This document shows positions 41,926-55,921 of a DNA stretch of 64,000 bases, piece by piece; position 1 is the stretch's first letter, and the number at the start of each line of letters is the position of its first letter. The notes below the pieces were generated by a model. The model was not told where the DNA came from. It did not search any database and worked only from the letters and a program-made list of their open reading frames with translations. The stretch spans positions 5,394,001-5,458,000 of the forward strand of contig NC_042997.1 in the NCBI RefSeq assembly GCF_006345805.1, given 5' to 3'. The DNA comes from Octopus sinensis (lineage: Eukaryota). The translations under genes and the position numbers were made by a program.

Positions 41926-43088
41926 GTGTGTGTGTGTGTGTGTGTGGTGTGTGTGTGTGTGTGTGTGTGTGCATATATATACAGATACAGACAAATATAT
42001 GTGTGTATGTATCTATCTATAAATATACATACATATACATACATACAAACATATATATATATATATATACAGGCACACATGTATTACATATAGGCATGCA
42101 AACAGACGTACGTACATAGGTACATGACAGGCATAGCCTGGATTCTCTGGATGTTCCCCGATCAATACTAATCCACGATATAATCAATAACCAATAATAT
42201 GATGAGAAAAGAAAATTGTAAAAGAAGCTTCAATGTTGTATTTTAAAAGTTGTTTTTTTTTGTATTTTTTGTATAATATTGTTCAATTGATGTAAATTTG
42301 CGTCTCTTCTTTTTATTTCATCTTTCTTTACTTCTTTCTTCTTCGATTATTTTTATCGATTATTGAGAAGTAATTATTTGACAACACCAATGGAATATTT
42401 TAACCTGGCGGTATTAACATTTTAAATACAACAATTAGGTTTTCATTGCTTTTTGTTTAGTTATTGTAGCTCTTACTCTTGTTGTTGTAGTTGTTAATTT
42501 GCATGCTGCTACGTTTTTTTTTTAATATTTATTTCGTCAAATATCGATCAATCGTCCTTTTTGTCATTTGTATGAAATAATACTGCAGCTGTTGTTGTCA
42601 ATTTTGCTTATTTTTATATTTCTTTATTTTTATTTTCATTTTTTTTTTGACTATTTTTCCTTATTTTCAACATAATATCATAGGATGTAATTTACTGCTA
42701 CTATTAATGTGTTTTTATTTTTGGTTTTTATTTTATATCTTCTTTTTTTTTCAGTAAATTCTTTGTAGTTACAAAGGTGTGTTGTAACAGTTCATAATGT
42801 TAGGTGAGCAAAGTTTTTTTCATTTTATCTTTTTCTTTTTCTCTGTAATACTGTTTATCAAATATTCATGCGTTTATTTTATGCTTCAGCTTCATTCTTA
42901 TGATTTTATTTATTAATTTTATTTTTTGATAAATTTCATTTTATTTTATTTCATTTTATGATTTCTTTGTTTATAGATTCATTTATTTTTTTTATATTTC
43001 CTTTCCTCCGTTTGCCAAGTATTCAAAAATAAAGCCCTACTTGGCTATCAAAATTCCTCTCACTCATTTCATCATACTGCCTACATTT

Positions 43089-43143
43089 CTCACCACCACC
43101 ACCACCACCACCACCACCACTACCACTACTATTACTACTACTG

Positions 43144-43176
<33 letters not shown>
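43089..43176. repeat. Compound (CAC)n(TAC)n(TGC)n trinucleotide repeat
   Basis: Direct reading. Confidence 0.95.
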
Positions 43177-43694
43177 TTATTTTGCAAGCTCTATAGATTA
43201 CAAAGCTTTGCATTTCTACTAACATTCTTTTTTTCCTTTATTCAATCATGTTGCCGATTGAATTTTTTTTCTCAAGTTGCAAGTGTGCAAATCTTTACAT
43301 CCATATGAATATTTCATACACAGATTTTTAAATATTTCTGTCGTTTAATGTTTAAAGCAGTCAGACTTTAAAATGATCGCAATTTGTGAGAAATTCTTGA
43401 TTAATTAGGCACGTACATAAAAAAATAAAACATACACGCATACACACACACACAACAAAGTACACATTAATACACTCAGTCACTTCATCACTCTCATACA
43501 CTCTGAAAAATACATAATACACACACACGTACGAACACACGCACACATATATCCACACTACCATCAATGAAGCACACACACACCACTCATGCACACACAT
43601 ATTCATATATACACGCAATCATAGGTGGAACATATATACATGTATGCACACACACACACATATATATATTTTATATGTATACATATATATATAT

Positions 43695-43725
<31 letters not shown>

Positions 43726-45315
43726 GAAGAGAAGTAAAAAGTTATATCTATTATAAAATGAAAATGGATGTGTGTAATTCAGATAAAAATAACTGCACAC
43801 AGGATTAAATCGATGGCATTTTATGGATCAATATTAACGCCTTAACTCGCTAGGCGCAAATCATAATACATTACCGTTGTCGTTAATTGGTGTGCGAATA
43901 CATTCCGGAGGGTGGCAAGGATTTGTCATTAATAAAAGATGAAGTAAACAACAGACAAAAAACATGAAACAAAATATTTAAAGTTTCCTTGGAAGACCTG
44001 TTATTTTGATTGCATAGGATTTTTAGATTATTAAAATATCGATGCGAATTTGCATGTAGCTATAAAATGATTTCGTTCACACGCGCCCGGAAGAGCGACT
44101 TCTAACAGAGCGACATAAAATCACAGACGCGCGTATGCACATAACTTTATGTATAAAAGTGAGCGCATATATGAGACAATATATGCGTTTTTAGTGTGTG
44201 TGCGCGTTAATTTTTTTTTTATGTGTGTGTATATTTCTTTTTCTCTATGTGTGTATGTGTGTGCGACAGCATTTGCGTTTATCAATAGCATATAGCACAA
44301 TCGTAACATTTCTGTTTTTTAGTTCACTAAATTTCGTAACAAAGCCTGACAAATTTCCTTTCCTTTCTATACTGTGACTTCCTAGTTTTTAACTTTCGTA
44401 AAGAGAGAGAAAAAAAAGAAAAGAAATACTTATCCTTTCCACAGATGAGTATTTATTTAACGCAGTAGATTTCATTAATTCCGTCATTGATATCAACCGG
44501 TTGACTGAAAACAACTATCAGCGTGGACCTAAATGCAGTCTGTGAATAGGAAAGTTTGTTTAAAACGCCGTTGAATAATTTTCATTCAGCAGAGCTGTCC
44601 TGGGACTAGATAACATTTTGTAACATATCTACCTTGAAGCATAACTAGTTGACAGCAGAACACCTTTGGACACGAGCAGAATGAAATGTGCATGTATAAA
44701 TGTTCTAATTCTTTTAAGTGGAAAAAAAATAGTTGAGCTTACAATTCAATGCAAATTCAAATAATCATGGAAATATATACTGATTCAAAGCAACCTCCCT
44801 TCACTTCCTCCTGAACCGTAACCAATAAACAACTGACTAAATTCACTTCGCTTCGAGCCAAGCTGGTTGAAAGACCCTGAACGAAGCTGCACAGAAAACT
44901 ATGCTCGTTTTGCATATGCAAATGATCGTATTCTGTGCAGTGGAACCAATCCTTCTTCCGAAGGTACAATCCATTTTGCCGACTTCCCTTACCTACATTG
45001 GCGCTATCAACAAGAGGCTGTACAACTTAAAGACGTAAAATATACAGAAAAATTTTTTGTACCAGTCTCCATGTTCTCTATCCGTATAACTATTACTAAT
45101 ATACACTCCAGAAAATATTATCATCCGGTGAAGCGAACACGCAAATGCTTATTGGAGGAATTCACAGCGTGAGTGACAACCCTTAGTCGTCATAAACGTT
45201 AAATACTAATCGATGCGGTTACCTGTAACCGGGAACATAACTGAGAGCTACAGTTGTATCCGCCCTCTAAACACAGACACACACACACACAAACACAAAC
45301 ACACACATCTATATT

Positions 45316-45355
<40 letters not shown>

Positions 45356-45421
45356 AACGCGCACGCGCACACACACACTCACACACACACACACTCAGAC
45401 ACATATATACATATATTAAAA

Positions 45422-45651
45422 GTCGGCGAGCTGGCAGACACGTTAGCACACCGGGCGAAATGTGTAGCCGTATTTCGTCTGCCGTTACGTTCTGAGTTCA
45501 AATTCCGCCGAGGTCGACTTTGCCTTTCATCCTTTCGGGGTCGATAAATTAAGTACCAGCTACGCACTGGGGTCGATGTAATCGACTTAATCTCTTTGTC
45601 TGTCCTTGTTTGTCCCCTCTATGTTTAGCCCCTTGTTGGTAGTAAAGAAAT
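45422..45651 (+). mobile_element. Well-preserved SINE family B, tail variant 2
   Basis: ggcgagctggcagacacgttagc head, gagttcaaattcc B box, gaggtcgactttgcctttcatcctttcggggtcgataaattaagtaccag central domain (resembles the Meta-type SINE domain, from recall), tail gtttgtcccctctatgtttagccccttgttggtagtaaagaaata. Confidence 0.9.
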
Positions 45652-45653
45652 AC

Positions 45654-45729
<76 letters not shown>

Positions 45730-47399
45730 TATATATATGAGGGTGCATGGCCTAGTAGTTAGGCTGTAACACATGGTCTTCTGAACGTCGTTTCAGTTCC
45801 TATACCTAGTGGTGCATTTGTGTTCTTGAACAAAACACAATTTCAGTTGCTTTGCTATCATCTCGACACCTAACTATGGTACACTATCCTCCTGTTTAGG
45901 CACTGTCGATTTGATGAAACGAGTTAGCTAAAGTACAGTAAAGAACATTTTAATCATCAGAAATAAATTATTTGTTCAGTTAATTTAGCAAAACCTGCAG
46001 AATCGACGTCTCAGACTACGTGAGACAACCATCTATCCATCCATCAATCCATGCATGCATGTATGTACGTATGTATATATGTATGTGCATGCATGCATGT
46101 ATGTATTGTGTGTATGTATGCATGCATCTATGTGAATAAATAAGTATATTTATTCCTCGTGTCTTCTTTGTACGTACCTACATGTATGCCTACACACAAA
46201 TGGCAATATATCAGTTAGAATTATATATATTGCATATTGATTTCTTTATTTTTCTTTCGGCTACATGCTAGTATTTACTTACAGAAAAAGAGAATTTATC
46301 TGCTTGAGTCGACAATATAATTACTATTAATATTTTATCGATTTCAGTGGGTTGAAAGAGAGAAATAAGGTACAATATATCGTCATTATGAATGAAGAGA
46401 TGCACATGCATTTCAGGTCTCTTCCAAAGGCCACTGGCAGGCAAACTGATGTAATTTCTTTTTAGATGAAGAATGAAACTGCTTCGTCAATCCGAATCCG
46501 TGGAAAATTTATTTTGCGCAACAACGATCGATAAGTAGATCCATGCAAAATCTCGGTTTAGCAGATGTCGAATGTCACAATTGATGAATCACCAAGGAAA
46601 ATATCACGTGTTTCATTGCTAACAATATAAAAAATATTGATTTAGTGTAAATATGAGATAGTAAATAAAATCAAACAAATAATGAGTTGCTTTAAACTGG
46701 ACGTTGAGATCGTAGCAGTCCCTAAGGCCTTCCATTAATGAGTGGAATGCTTAATGTGGTGTTTATGCACGCCTCTAATGACAAAGTCTCTCTACGTGAT
46801 TAGTAATAGCTCTGCTACTTTTAAGACTCATAAATTGTTGGGTTTTTTCATATATTTTTTCAAACATTTTTAAGAAGAGTTTTTTTACAAATTAACATGT
46901 GAATTTGTCATATGGTTAAGCCGAGATAATGACGCTGGGAGGCTCCTTAGGTTGAATTGTTGCCGATTATGGAATCTCGATGTTATATATACAATAGTTA
47001 ATGCCATAATATAATTAATATCGATTATTTTCTCCACAACCTGAGAACTACATATTGATATGGAAAAATAAATGCAATTATTGCATAATCATCCATTTCT
47101 TAATTCGCATTTGCGACTTTATTAAAGTGATTCGCCTCTCGAGTCCTTCATCCTTTAATCTACTGAGAGAATGGACGTCACACGATAAACAGAGAGATGT
47201 ATGAGTTTATTCATAGTAACACAGTTTGTTCTTAGGTTTTATTCTTTCAGTTCTTATTTTTTTTCCACATCAAAACTAATTAAGTGGTAGTCAGAATATT
47301 ATTATTAATATTACAAGTGACAGTGAAAGCCATTTCATATTCAGTGTACAATCTTGCAACATTAATGCAATAAGACATTTGTTGGACTACGATGGGTGC

Positions 47400-48640
47400 G
47401 TGCTATCAAATTTCGGGAATGTATTTGCAGTTTCTCGCCGCATTTTGCAAAATTATTTGGGTGTTGAGATGGGCTAGCAAGGAACTGTACTGCCTGCCAT
47501 GACTGCTTTCTGCATAACCCTGCAGTTGGCTGTAGCGAAAATACGACATTGAATATAATGCAAATCATTTAGTTAGGAAAATGTACCCCACGAATTGCAC
47601 GATCATTTATATCAGTCTTGACAGGTGCCTCTCAGAACCAGCGGTATACAGGTAACATTCTGCTGAGGAAGAGTGCGAATAGGAGGAACACTACACCATT
47701 GGAAAAATTTCCGGTCCATAACGCTACTGAAAAGCTAAGATTTTGGTACAGTACTCGGGACAGTTTGGGAGTTTGTAGTTGGGAGTGCAAAAGTCTGCGG
47801 GTTTCATGCAGATCTCTCCAAGACAACCTTAACTTCGAGATACATCATAATAAGAATGGATAAAGACCTGGCTACATGGGGCTTTGAAAATTTCCCTTGA
47901 TCTAAGCTTTAGATAGTGTCCATAGTCGATATTTGCTTATATATCATCAATGCAGCCGTTTCTGTTTCGCTTTTATGAAACTAGTTGTTTTGGGTGCAAA
48001 GCAGCATCTGCTAACTCGTTCCCAAGCTAAATAGTTACTTATTAGAACGCGAATAAACCTCTGTTCGTTTTAGCTATGGTGTGTTGGGCCATTAATATGG
48101 AATCTAGATGTGTTGATTGGCTGGCAAGTTTGAACCGGTTCACCTGAGGGGTGTGTCCATATAAGCTCATAATGTCAAGAGATAGTTTCGGTCTGGCAGA
48201 GCAGAGTGCGGTAACTGGAGCAAGACACTATGCATTTAAAGACTGATAAACGACGAGTTAAGTCCACGCCAGTCACTATCGGGTGTCAAATATAGGACTG
48301 ACAACCTTGTTAAGCTCTAAAAAGGACGTGGTTCAGATCAAAACTCCTGGTGAATAGGAACTGGGAAAATGTTACCAAAATTTCATCGAGTTCACCCCAA
48401 AATAGGGCAGAGATGAATTAATCAAATAGGTGAAAAACGCATACTTCGCCTTCTGCATTATCGGCCGACATTCATAAATTGCTTGAATTTTCATCTGATC
48501 AAAGATGAGTGTCTTGTAAAAGGAAAATGTTACACAGATCAGAATGTCTATCTGCTGCAGACATTCTCTGCATAGAAAGGTTGGGATGCAAGCATGCGGT
48601 GGTGAAGTATAGGCATTTATAGAGACGATTCGTCACTGAA
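47400..48640 (+). mobile_element. Highly degenerate L1/Tx1-like LINE RT remnant
   Basis: Broken frames give PHFAKLFG, KNFRSITLL, CRSLQDNL, a DQSKAFDRV-like segment, a WFxxxLxxNRNWENVT-like segment and SICCRHSLH..LG (cf. SICCQHPLxGGLG). Confidence 0.6.
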
Positions 48641-51009
48641 ATCGCATGGTTACTGTTAGCCAGAAAGTCTCCCCACGTCTCATTCCAGGGTTATAAGAAA
48701 ATGAAGGCTAGGGTGTCCGGTGTCTCCAATTAACTTAGAAGCTCAAGTTATGATTGAAGTCCCTTACATTTTCATTTCCTATCTTCTGGCTTTAAATTCA
48801 CCTATTTCAACTAACATTGTTAACTGTAAAGACAATACACACAAATGTGAACCAAAAGAAAGAAAAAATTTATATAACTGCACCTGATTACAATGGGGAA
48901 TAAGATAACATTTTGATCCCTAATTTTAGCTTGATGTTTTAGGTGCTGACAGTATCATGCATTCGCTGTCTTGGACATTTTTATATCATAGATGTCGAGT
49001 AAGTGAGCATGCATGGGTTTCAAGTTTAAAAATTTTGTTTCACTTTTATATCATAAGTGATCCAATCTACCTGGCATAGAGGTAAGATGACTGCAAAAGT
49101 AATTTTGAATATACCAACTTGGGACTGGATACACGTAAGCTGTGTATACAGAAGCCAGTCAGATGGACTGGGTTTGTTCTGGATGGTAGTTCTAATCTGT
49201 AATTTAGTGTAAGTCTCTCACTTAGCCTTTAATATTGTTAGCGGAGAGTACCATTTTGCAAGCTTTACAAAGAGATCTCCAGTTTGAAGATAACTCGATA
49301 GCCTCATATATTCTTCGTCAGTCTCGTATACATTGTGAAAATGTTCAATCTCTTTGCTTTGGTTAGCTCCTTAGGAATTAAGTGCCAAACTTAAGTTTAT
49401 ATTTTGAAGGTTGAGTCTACGGCTCACAATATACGCAAGCAGAGAAAAAATTGTATGTATATATGTATGTATGTATGTATGGATGGATGGATGGATGGAT
49501 GGATGGATGGATGGATAGATTTATGTATATACGTGTGTGCGCGCGAACGTGTGTAACCATACAAGGTGTCTGCAACTTCAGGCCTAGAATCCTCGAGGTC
49601 GAGATTTTTGTATTTTTGTCTCGCCTTTTACGCTCTCGAATTTTTATTGTTCTTGATTTCGAGTTTTGTGTATGTGATTCGTGCTAATACCTTAAAAGCG
49701 GAGATCAGTGCTAATATTTTCGCATTCATCGAAAATTCACGCAGCCGAACTTCTTCAAATAGAATTTTGAATTTTATATCTGATTTCTGCTTATCGTGAA
49801 TACCAAACAAGTCACTTGACACAGTACTCGATAAGAATCATCTCAAAACCAATATATCCACAATTTACATGTGAGCATGGCTATCATGTGGTAATGAATT
49901 CCCTAGCATAACGATTATAGTCATTGGACACTGGGCATTTACTCGGTAGCTTATGCGTCTTGGGGCCCAATTTTGATGTCTATGCTTAGCTTACTGTGAA
50001 TTATTAAATACCATAGGATACCGTGTATTGGTTTTTCCCAGGGCCTATATTGATATTAAGCTGGTCCTGAATCTCAAGTCAGTATATTTATCATCAAAAT
50101 CACCATTATTAACACCAGTCTTTTACGACCCAATTGCAAGTTGATTCAGTTATGTCTTGGATCACGGCAGTATTTGAACACAGGACTAAAAGAGCCTGGA
50201 AAAAAAACCCGTAAAGTATTTTATTGATAATCTAATGATTCTCTTATATCTGACAAAGACTCAGGGATAGCAATTTTAGACGATGGCGTTTGCTGATAAT
50301 ACCAACTGAAATAATTGATTGGTATTTTATTTTATCGATTGCCGAAACATGAATGGCAATTTTGATCTGTGCTGGATTTAAAAGCAGAACGTAAAGTTCC
50401 ATAAAAAATAGCGAAAACAATTTAGTTGCATCAATCCATTGCTCTTACCTGTCATGCTGATTAGCATAATGAAGCATGATATCTTCGGTGGCATAGACGT
50501 TAAAGTATATCCCGGTCATTCTTTGTATGTGTTGTTTTTGTGTCCAGCAAGGTGACACAGCATGTATAACAATTCAAATATTCTCAGTATTATTCTATAT
50601 ATGTCAATACATGTACAACACCTATTTTCTGGAATCTTTAGACTCAAAGCCATTCCGGATAACTAGTTTTTCCGAGCGAAGATTGATCACATCTAAATTA
50701 AGCAAATACTTAATTGACTTAATTAAATGAAATACCGTTACTTTCACATTAGTATAAATGATACAAGATTATTATTATTGTACTGTGCAAGGTACTATGA
50801 AATATGGTCGTCCAGTAAAGTACTATGAAGGCTAAAGCAATATGAAGTTCCTGCTTGTAAATTAGGGCGGGTTATACGAAGTGTTGAGTCATCAGTATCC
50901 GGAAAGTTGGTATAATACCTGTTCTTAGTTTTTATAAAAGATCAAGCAGCTTGATTTTAGAAAAGAAAAAAACAACAAAAATTCGCCGAAGACGCCTTTA
51001 TCCAATATA

Positions 51010-51360
51010 ACTTAATAATAATAATGGTTTCAAGTTTCGGGGGAGGGGATAAGTAGATTGTGTCTACCCCGGTACCCAACTGGTACTTGTTTTATCGACC
51101 CCGAAGTGATCGGAGGCAAATGCAACCTCAGTTGAATTTGAGCTCTGAACGTAAAATTGACAAAATGCCGCTCAGCAATTTTTCCGGAGTGTTGATGATT
51201 CTGACCACTCGTCCCCTAAAGAATAATAATAATGGTTTCAATTTCGGTACAGGTCCCTTAGTTTTTAAGGAAAGGGACCAGTTTAATACATTGACCCCAA
51301 TACTTGACTAATTCTAATTTTATTGATCCCGAAAGAATGAACGGCGTAGTTCACATCGGT
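51010..51360 (-). mobile_element. Two tandem SINE family B copies, tail variant 1, separated by (AAT)n
   Basis: aataatggtttcaagtttcg...ccccggtacccaactggtact...tttatcgacccc...ttgagctctgaacgt repeated from ~51228. Confidence 0.75.
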
Positions 51361-51471
51361 AGTCATCAACAATAGCATTTTTATGTATTAATAGAAGATC
51401 GTAATTCGATTTACTATAAAAAATAATTGTCATACTTAAATATGAATAATCAAGAACAAAATGCTATACAT

Positions 51472-51508
<37 letters not shown>

Positions 51509-52785
51509 CATATGTGTATGAGTGCATCCGTGTGTAACCTTGCACGGGAATGCGTGTCTATGCATTGTATTTAGGTACGTTTTCTGTGTCTCTTAATTTT
51601 GAGTTAATTCTGACAAACCACCGGGTTGGAAAGAAGATTATCAAGGAAATCAACTTGTTTTGTTGATCATCTTTTAAATGTAAGGAAGGTCTTGGAGCTG
51701 GTTATTGTCTCATATATTGTCATTATTTGTAGTTTATGAATTGGAGTTGTTTGGTTCCATCAAGAATCCAGGAAAGTGAAAGCGTCTCCTTGATGCTGGA
51801 TTTGTAAACTCCTGTGTATGTTTGTACGTATGCGATGCTTGCCATTACCGTAAATAAGTGAAGCAAGTAAAAGAAGGAGTGAATATTCTTCAAAAAGACA
51901 TAATTTTTCACGCAGAACTGACACGAACAACTCGAAAACGTACCGCTAGTGTAGTGATTTGGAAAAGCCTGGTCTGCAGTATTAGCCGAATTCTATGTTT
52001 ATCATGGTCTGGGTTTATTAGTTGCCAGCGGAGCCTTAAGCGTAAAGTATAAAATTGTCTGAGCGCACGATGATGAATAATGACCTTTCACGATCAAAAG
52101 GGTCATCATGTATGTAAATATGTATGTAGGTAGGTAATTAGGTAGTATTATCCTGCTCTATTTGTTTTGTGATATTCATATATTAGTTTAATTTTTCAAA
52201 CAAAATAGCAGCTCATTTCTGGTGAGGGTTAGGAACTATTATATAGAATACTATGAAGCTAAGAACATTACAAATAAATATCTAATTAAAGATGTCAATG
52301 AATTTATACGTAGAAGCGTATCCAAAAAAAAAAAAAAAAAAGCAATTGAAAATTAATAAATTGACAGGTAGCGATTAACACTAGCAAGGGGAGTAACTCA
52401 AGAAGTATGCTTTGATTTTACAGTAGATTACCTCCCATTATCGAAATGCAAATAGATATTCAGGCTGTTTTGCTGCATTAAAAAAGAGAAAAATTGTACA
52501 GATAAACTGTAACTGAGAATGTATGAGTGAAAGAGAAAGACAAGAAGAAAATGAGGAAGGCAGAGCGATATAGCGAAATTGAGAAAGTATGAGAGAAGAA
52601 AGACAAGTAAGAATTGTGTGTGCATATGTAAGAATGTGGTTTGATGTTTATGTATTTAAACTTTTTTCTTTCTTTCCTTATATATCAAACTACTCATTAA
52701 TTTTTGAAGAACCAATCTTTGTAGCTTTCCAACAGTCTTATAGTTCTAAACCTTCATCTAAATCTGTATTTGAAAATTAAAAATA

Positions 52786-52931
52786 CGCAGGTGTGCTTAT
52801 GTACTAAGAAGCTTTCTTCGCAACCTGATGGTCCCGGGTTCAATCACACTGCGTGCCATCATAGACACGTTTCTGTTACTATAGCCTCGGGTTATTGCAG
52901 GTGGAAACTGAAAGTGTCCAGTCGTCTGTGT

Positions 52932-52962
<31 letters not shown>

Positions 52963-53253
52963 CTATGTTTGTGTGGGTGTATATATCTGTACCTATATAT
53001 CTGTGTGTCTTAGGCGTGCACACTCATGCGTGTATAAGTGCATGGTTGTGTATATATATATATGTCCTCCACCACCGGTGTCGTTGCGTTTACGTCCTTA
53101 TAATTTAACGATCGGTAAGACCGCCCAATAGAATAAGGAATAAGTTTAAAAAACAAGATACGTACAAGAGTTGATTCATTTGACTAAAGGTCTTGAAGGC
53201 ATTACCACAGCATGTCCGCAGTCTAGTGACTGAAACAAGTGGATGATAAAAGA
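52786..53253 (+). mobile_element. Degenerate SINE family A with expanded internal microsatellite
   Basis: ggtcccgggttcaatcacactgcgtg...ggaaactgaaag...(TA)n...gtttacgtcc...gactgaaacaagt. Confidence 0.8.
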
Positions 53254-54089
53254 AATTCGAATACATATTTTTCAAAACCTCTCTAAATATGCGACACTCA
53301 GCAAGATCACGTTATAATGAACACATATGCTAGACCCCGAAGTTCACACTTAGGAAAAGTACATCTCCAATATAGATAACAACGCCGTATAAGAGCGAGT
53401 TCTTTTCTTTAATGCTAGAATGAGATTCACACAGCAACTGCAGGTGAAACACTACAGGGATCAAGAGATACCAAAAATGGAGTGTTGCTCCATTATCTGC
53501 AACCGTGCTTCTGCAAAACCTACCTATATCCCGGACCGCGTCTAAAGAAAGTACGCGGCTGAATGGTAGTCGTTCATCAGTGGGCTCACTACAGTGTCTG
53601 AGCCACAGGTATCTTGAGCTCTTTTCATATCTTTTTTATTTGCAATCATAATGATCTCCGATACTCGGATTTGTGTAGCGTCGATATTCCAACGGTTTGA
53701 TATTTTGGCACACTGGTCTTTCCGCATATATTTACCTTCGGGTGCCCCCCCTCCCCGCCATTTTCCTCACACAAAACACTATCACTAAGCACCTTCAGGA
53801 ATACCCTTCCTGACCATGTCTTTCCTATAGGTATTGACTTGCAGCAGTTCAAACAGAGCATTAACCACATTTACCTGAGCAGTACTGAACAGTCTAAAAC
53901 GCCATGCATTCTGTGCATTATTCAGCAGCAACTTTGTGTGTGTGTACACGTGTGTGTATACAGGGTGTTAGGACTAACTAGACTTGACTCTTAGTATATT
54001 GCGTAAAGTAAATGCAACATCCCGTTCCAGAATAAAGTAATTTCAAAAATTCTAACAATATCAGTAAGATTATGTGTGGGAGATCATAG

Positions 54090-54340
54090 TTTACACAAAT
54101 TATCTACCCTCAAAACAGCACCGGAGCCTGGTGCATGAGTTACTCGGTATTCCTGAGAATATCTTCAACACCACTGTAATCTTGGTTACCATCTTGAACT
54201 ATTTGTTGAGGGCAGAGTAGGTGTCTTTCTGAACCGTGTCTCACACATAAAATTTTATGGAATTGATTAGAATCGGGATAATTAGGTCAGGAATTGAGGC
54301 CGGTTATATCGTAGAAATTCTCCGACAATTAGTGTTGGGC
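54090..54340 (-). mobile_element. Tc1/mariner transposase C-terminal remnant
   Basis: Minus strand gives SENFYD, PNYPDSN (cf. WPPNSPDxNP), FYV*DTVQKDT and CTRLRCCFE; stops and frameshifts present. Confidence 0.55.
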
Positions 54341-54564
54341 TGTTTCTGTCCCAGTAACCGCGTGGTTCGGCATATGCAAACCGATTGTATAAGTAGCAGA
54401 ACTAAGGTCGATACTTGAAGGCGGTAACCGGCATGTCTAATGACTAGAACAAGAACAATGTGTGTATGTGCGTGTGTGTGAGTGCGTGTGTGTGAGTGCG
54501 TGTCCCTGTGTGTGTGCGTATGTGAATATTATGTATGTATTTACGTATCACAGTGATATATATA

Positions 54565-54920
54565 TTCCCCTGTGCAAGACCCTGCTTCAGTGAAGCTGGA
54601 CTCAAGAGTCATCTTCGTAGTCATAAAGCGAGACAGATGAGTGGCAACCTGGCCTCTGGTGGTGGTGTTACACACTATACTAATCATATCTGTCAGGCAT
54701 GTGGAAGAGAGTGTAATTCGGCAGGAGGACTTAAACGACATGCAAAAGTACATGAAGCCCAGTTACAACTACAGCCAGCTATTACCGGTAAAGGTTTTAG
54801 TTACCAATTCTGTGCAAGACATTGTAGATCTTTGGCTGGGCTAAAAACTCACATTCGATCACAGCACCAGTAAGAGTAAAGCTTCGTGCAATGGCCATAA
54901 TCGATAACGAGGGGGCAGCC
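54565..54920 (+). mobile_element. Three C2H2-like zinc fingers, probably the 3' end of an RTE-clade LINE
   Basis: CARPCFSEAGLKSHLRSH / CQACGRECNSAGGLKRHAKVH / YQFCARHCRSLAGLKTHIRSQH*; no TGEKP linkers; short 3' tail then microsatellite; fingers 1 and 3 each lack a first Cys. Confidence 0.6.
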
Positions 54921-55029
54921 ATTACACATATATATGCTGGCTGGCCACTTATATACTTATCTTATTCTTGGTATTATTTATTAATAATTATAACAATATC
55001 TTCATATATATAATATATATATATATAAT

Positions 55030-55158
<129 letters not shown>

Positions 55159-55196
55159 TCATTTATATACATACGTACGTTTATCTCTTTCTATAT

Positions 55197-55238
<42 letters not shown>

Positions 55239-55299
55239 ATGTGTGCGTGCGTGTGCATATATGACTATGTATTATGTATGTATGTATGTATGCATGTGT

Positions 55300-55540
55300 T
55301 TGTGTGCGCAGGCGCGTTGTGTCTTGCGATTGTGTTTGTCCTCTCTATCACCGCTTGGCAATTGGTGTTGGTGTGCTACCTTCCAATAACATAGGAGTTC
55401 AGCAAAAGATACCAATAGGAATACGGCAAGGCTAACAAAAAATAAGTCCATGTGGGTGATTTGTTCGAATAAAGAACCTTTTCAAGGCAGTGTCCCACCA
55501 GGGCTGCGGGCTTGACTGAAACAAGTGGAAGAATATAATA
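55300..55540 (+). mobile_element. SINE family A 3' half
   Basis: gtttgtcctctctatcaccgcttggcaattggtgttggtgtg...aataagtcc...gactgaaacaagt. Confidence 0.7.
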
Positions 55541-55921
55541 GCTCGATGTTTATCTTATTTGTTTTATAGAAATAAAAATGTTGATTGACTAAACTGCATA
55601 ACTACGTCCATCTTCTTTATCCCCGGCCGATCTTTTCATCAAGAGATTGATTAAGAAAATGCTAAGCACATAGGAATACTTACACGTTAATCGTTCTTAG
55701 AACGATATTTTACAGCGAGAGATAGACAGGGGAGATAACAAACCCAAGCAAAAAATTAGAAAGAAGATAGCACCAAGCGACGTTGCAAGGGAAATAACTC
55801 TAAACGAATCTATAAAAGTTATCTCCATTACCGTTATAGGTTTTTTCACCTCTCAACTCCTATATACACGCGTATATAGAGACGTGTATGTGTGTACTGA
55901 TGTTTTCTGTTTATATATATA

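Noticed and set aside
44867-45172. 101-aa plus-strand ORF (KDPERSCTENYARF...) in unique sequence
   Set aside because: Starts at TTG, has no recognisable domain and no convincing splice pair. It is kept only as part of the candidate promoter/UTR region.
53300-53900. GC-richer unique segment with short ORFs and a small ccgcgt/acgcgg hairpin
   Set aside because: No recognisable protein motif, ribozyme core or repeat partner in the window.
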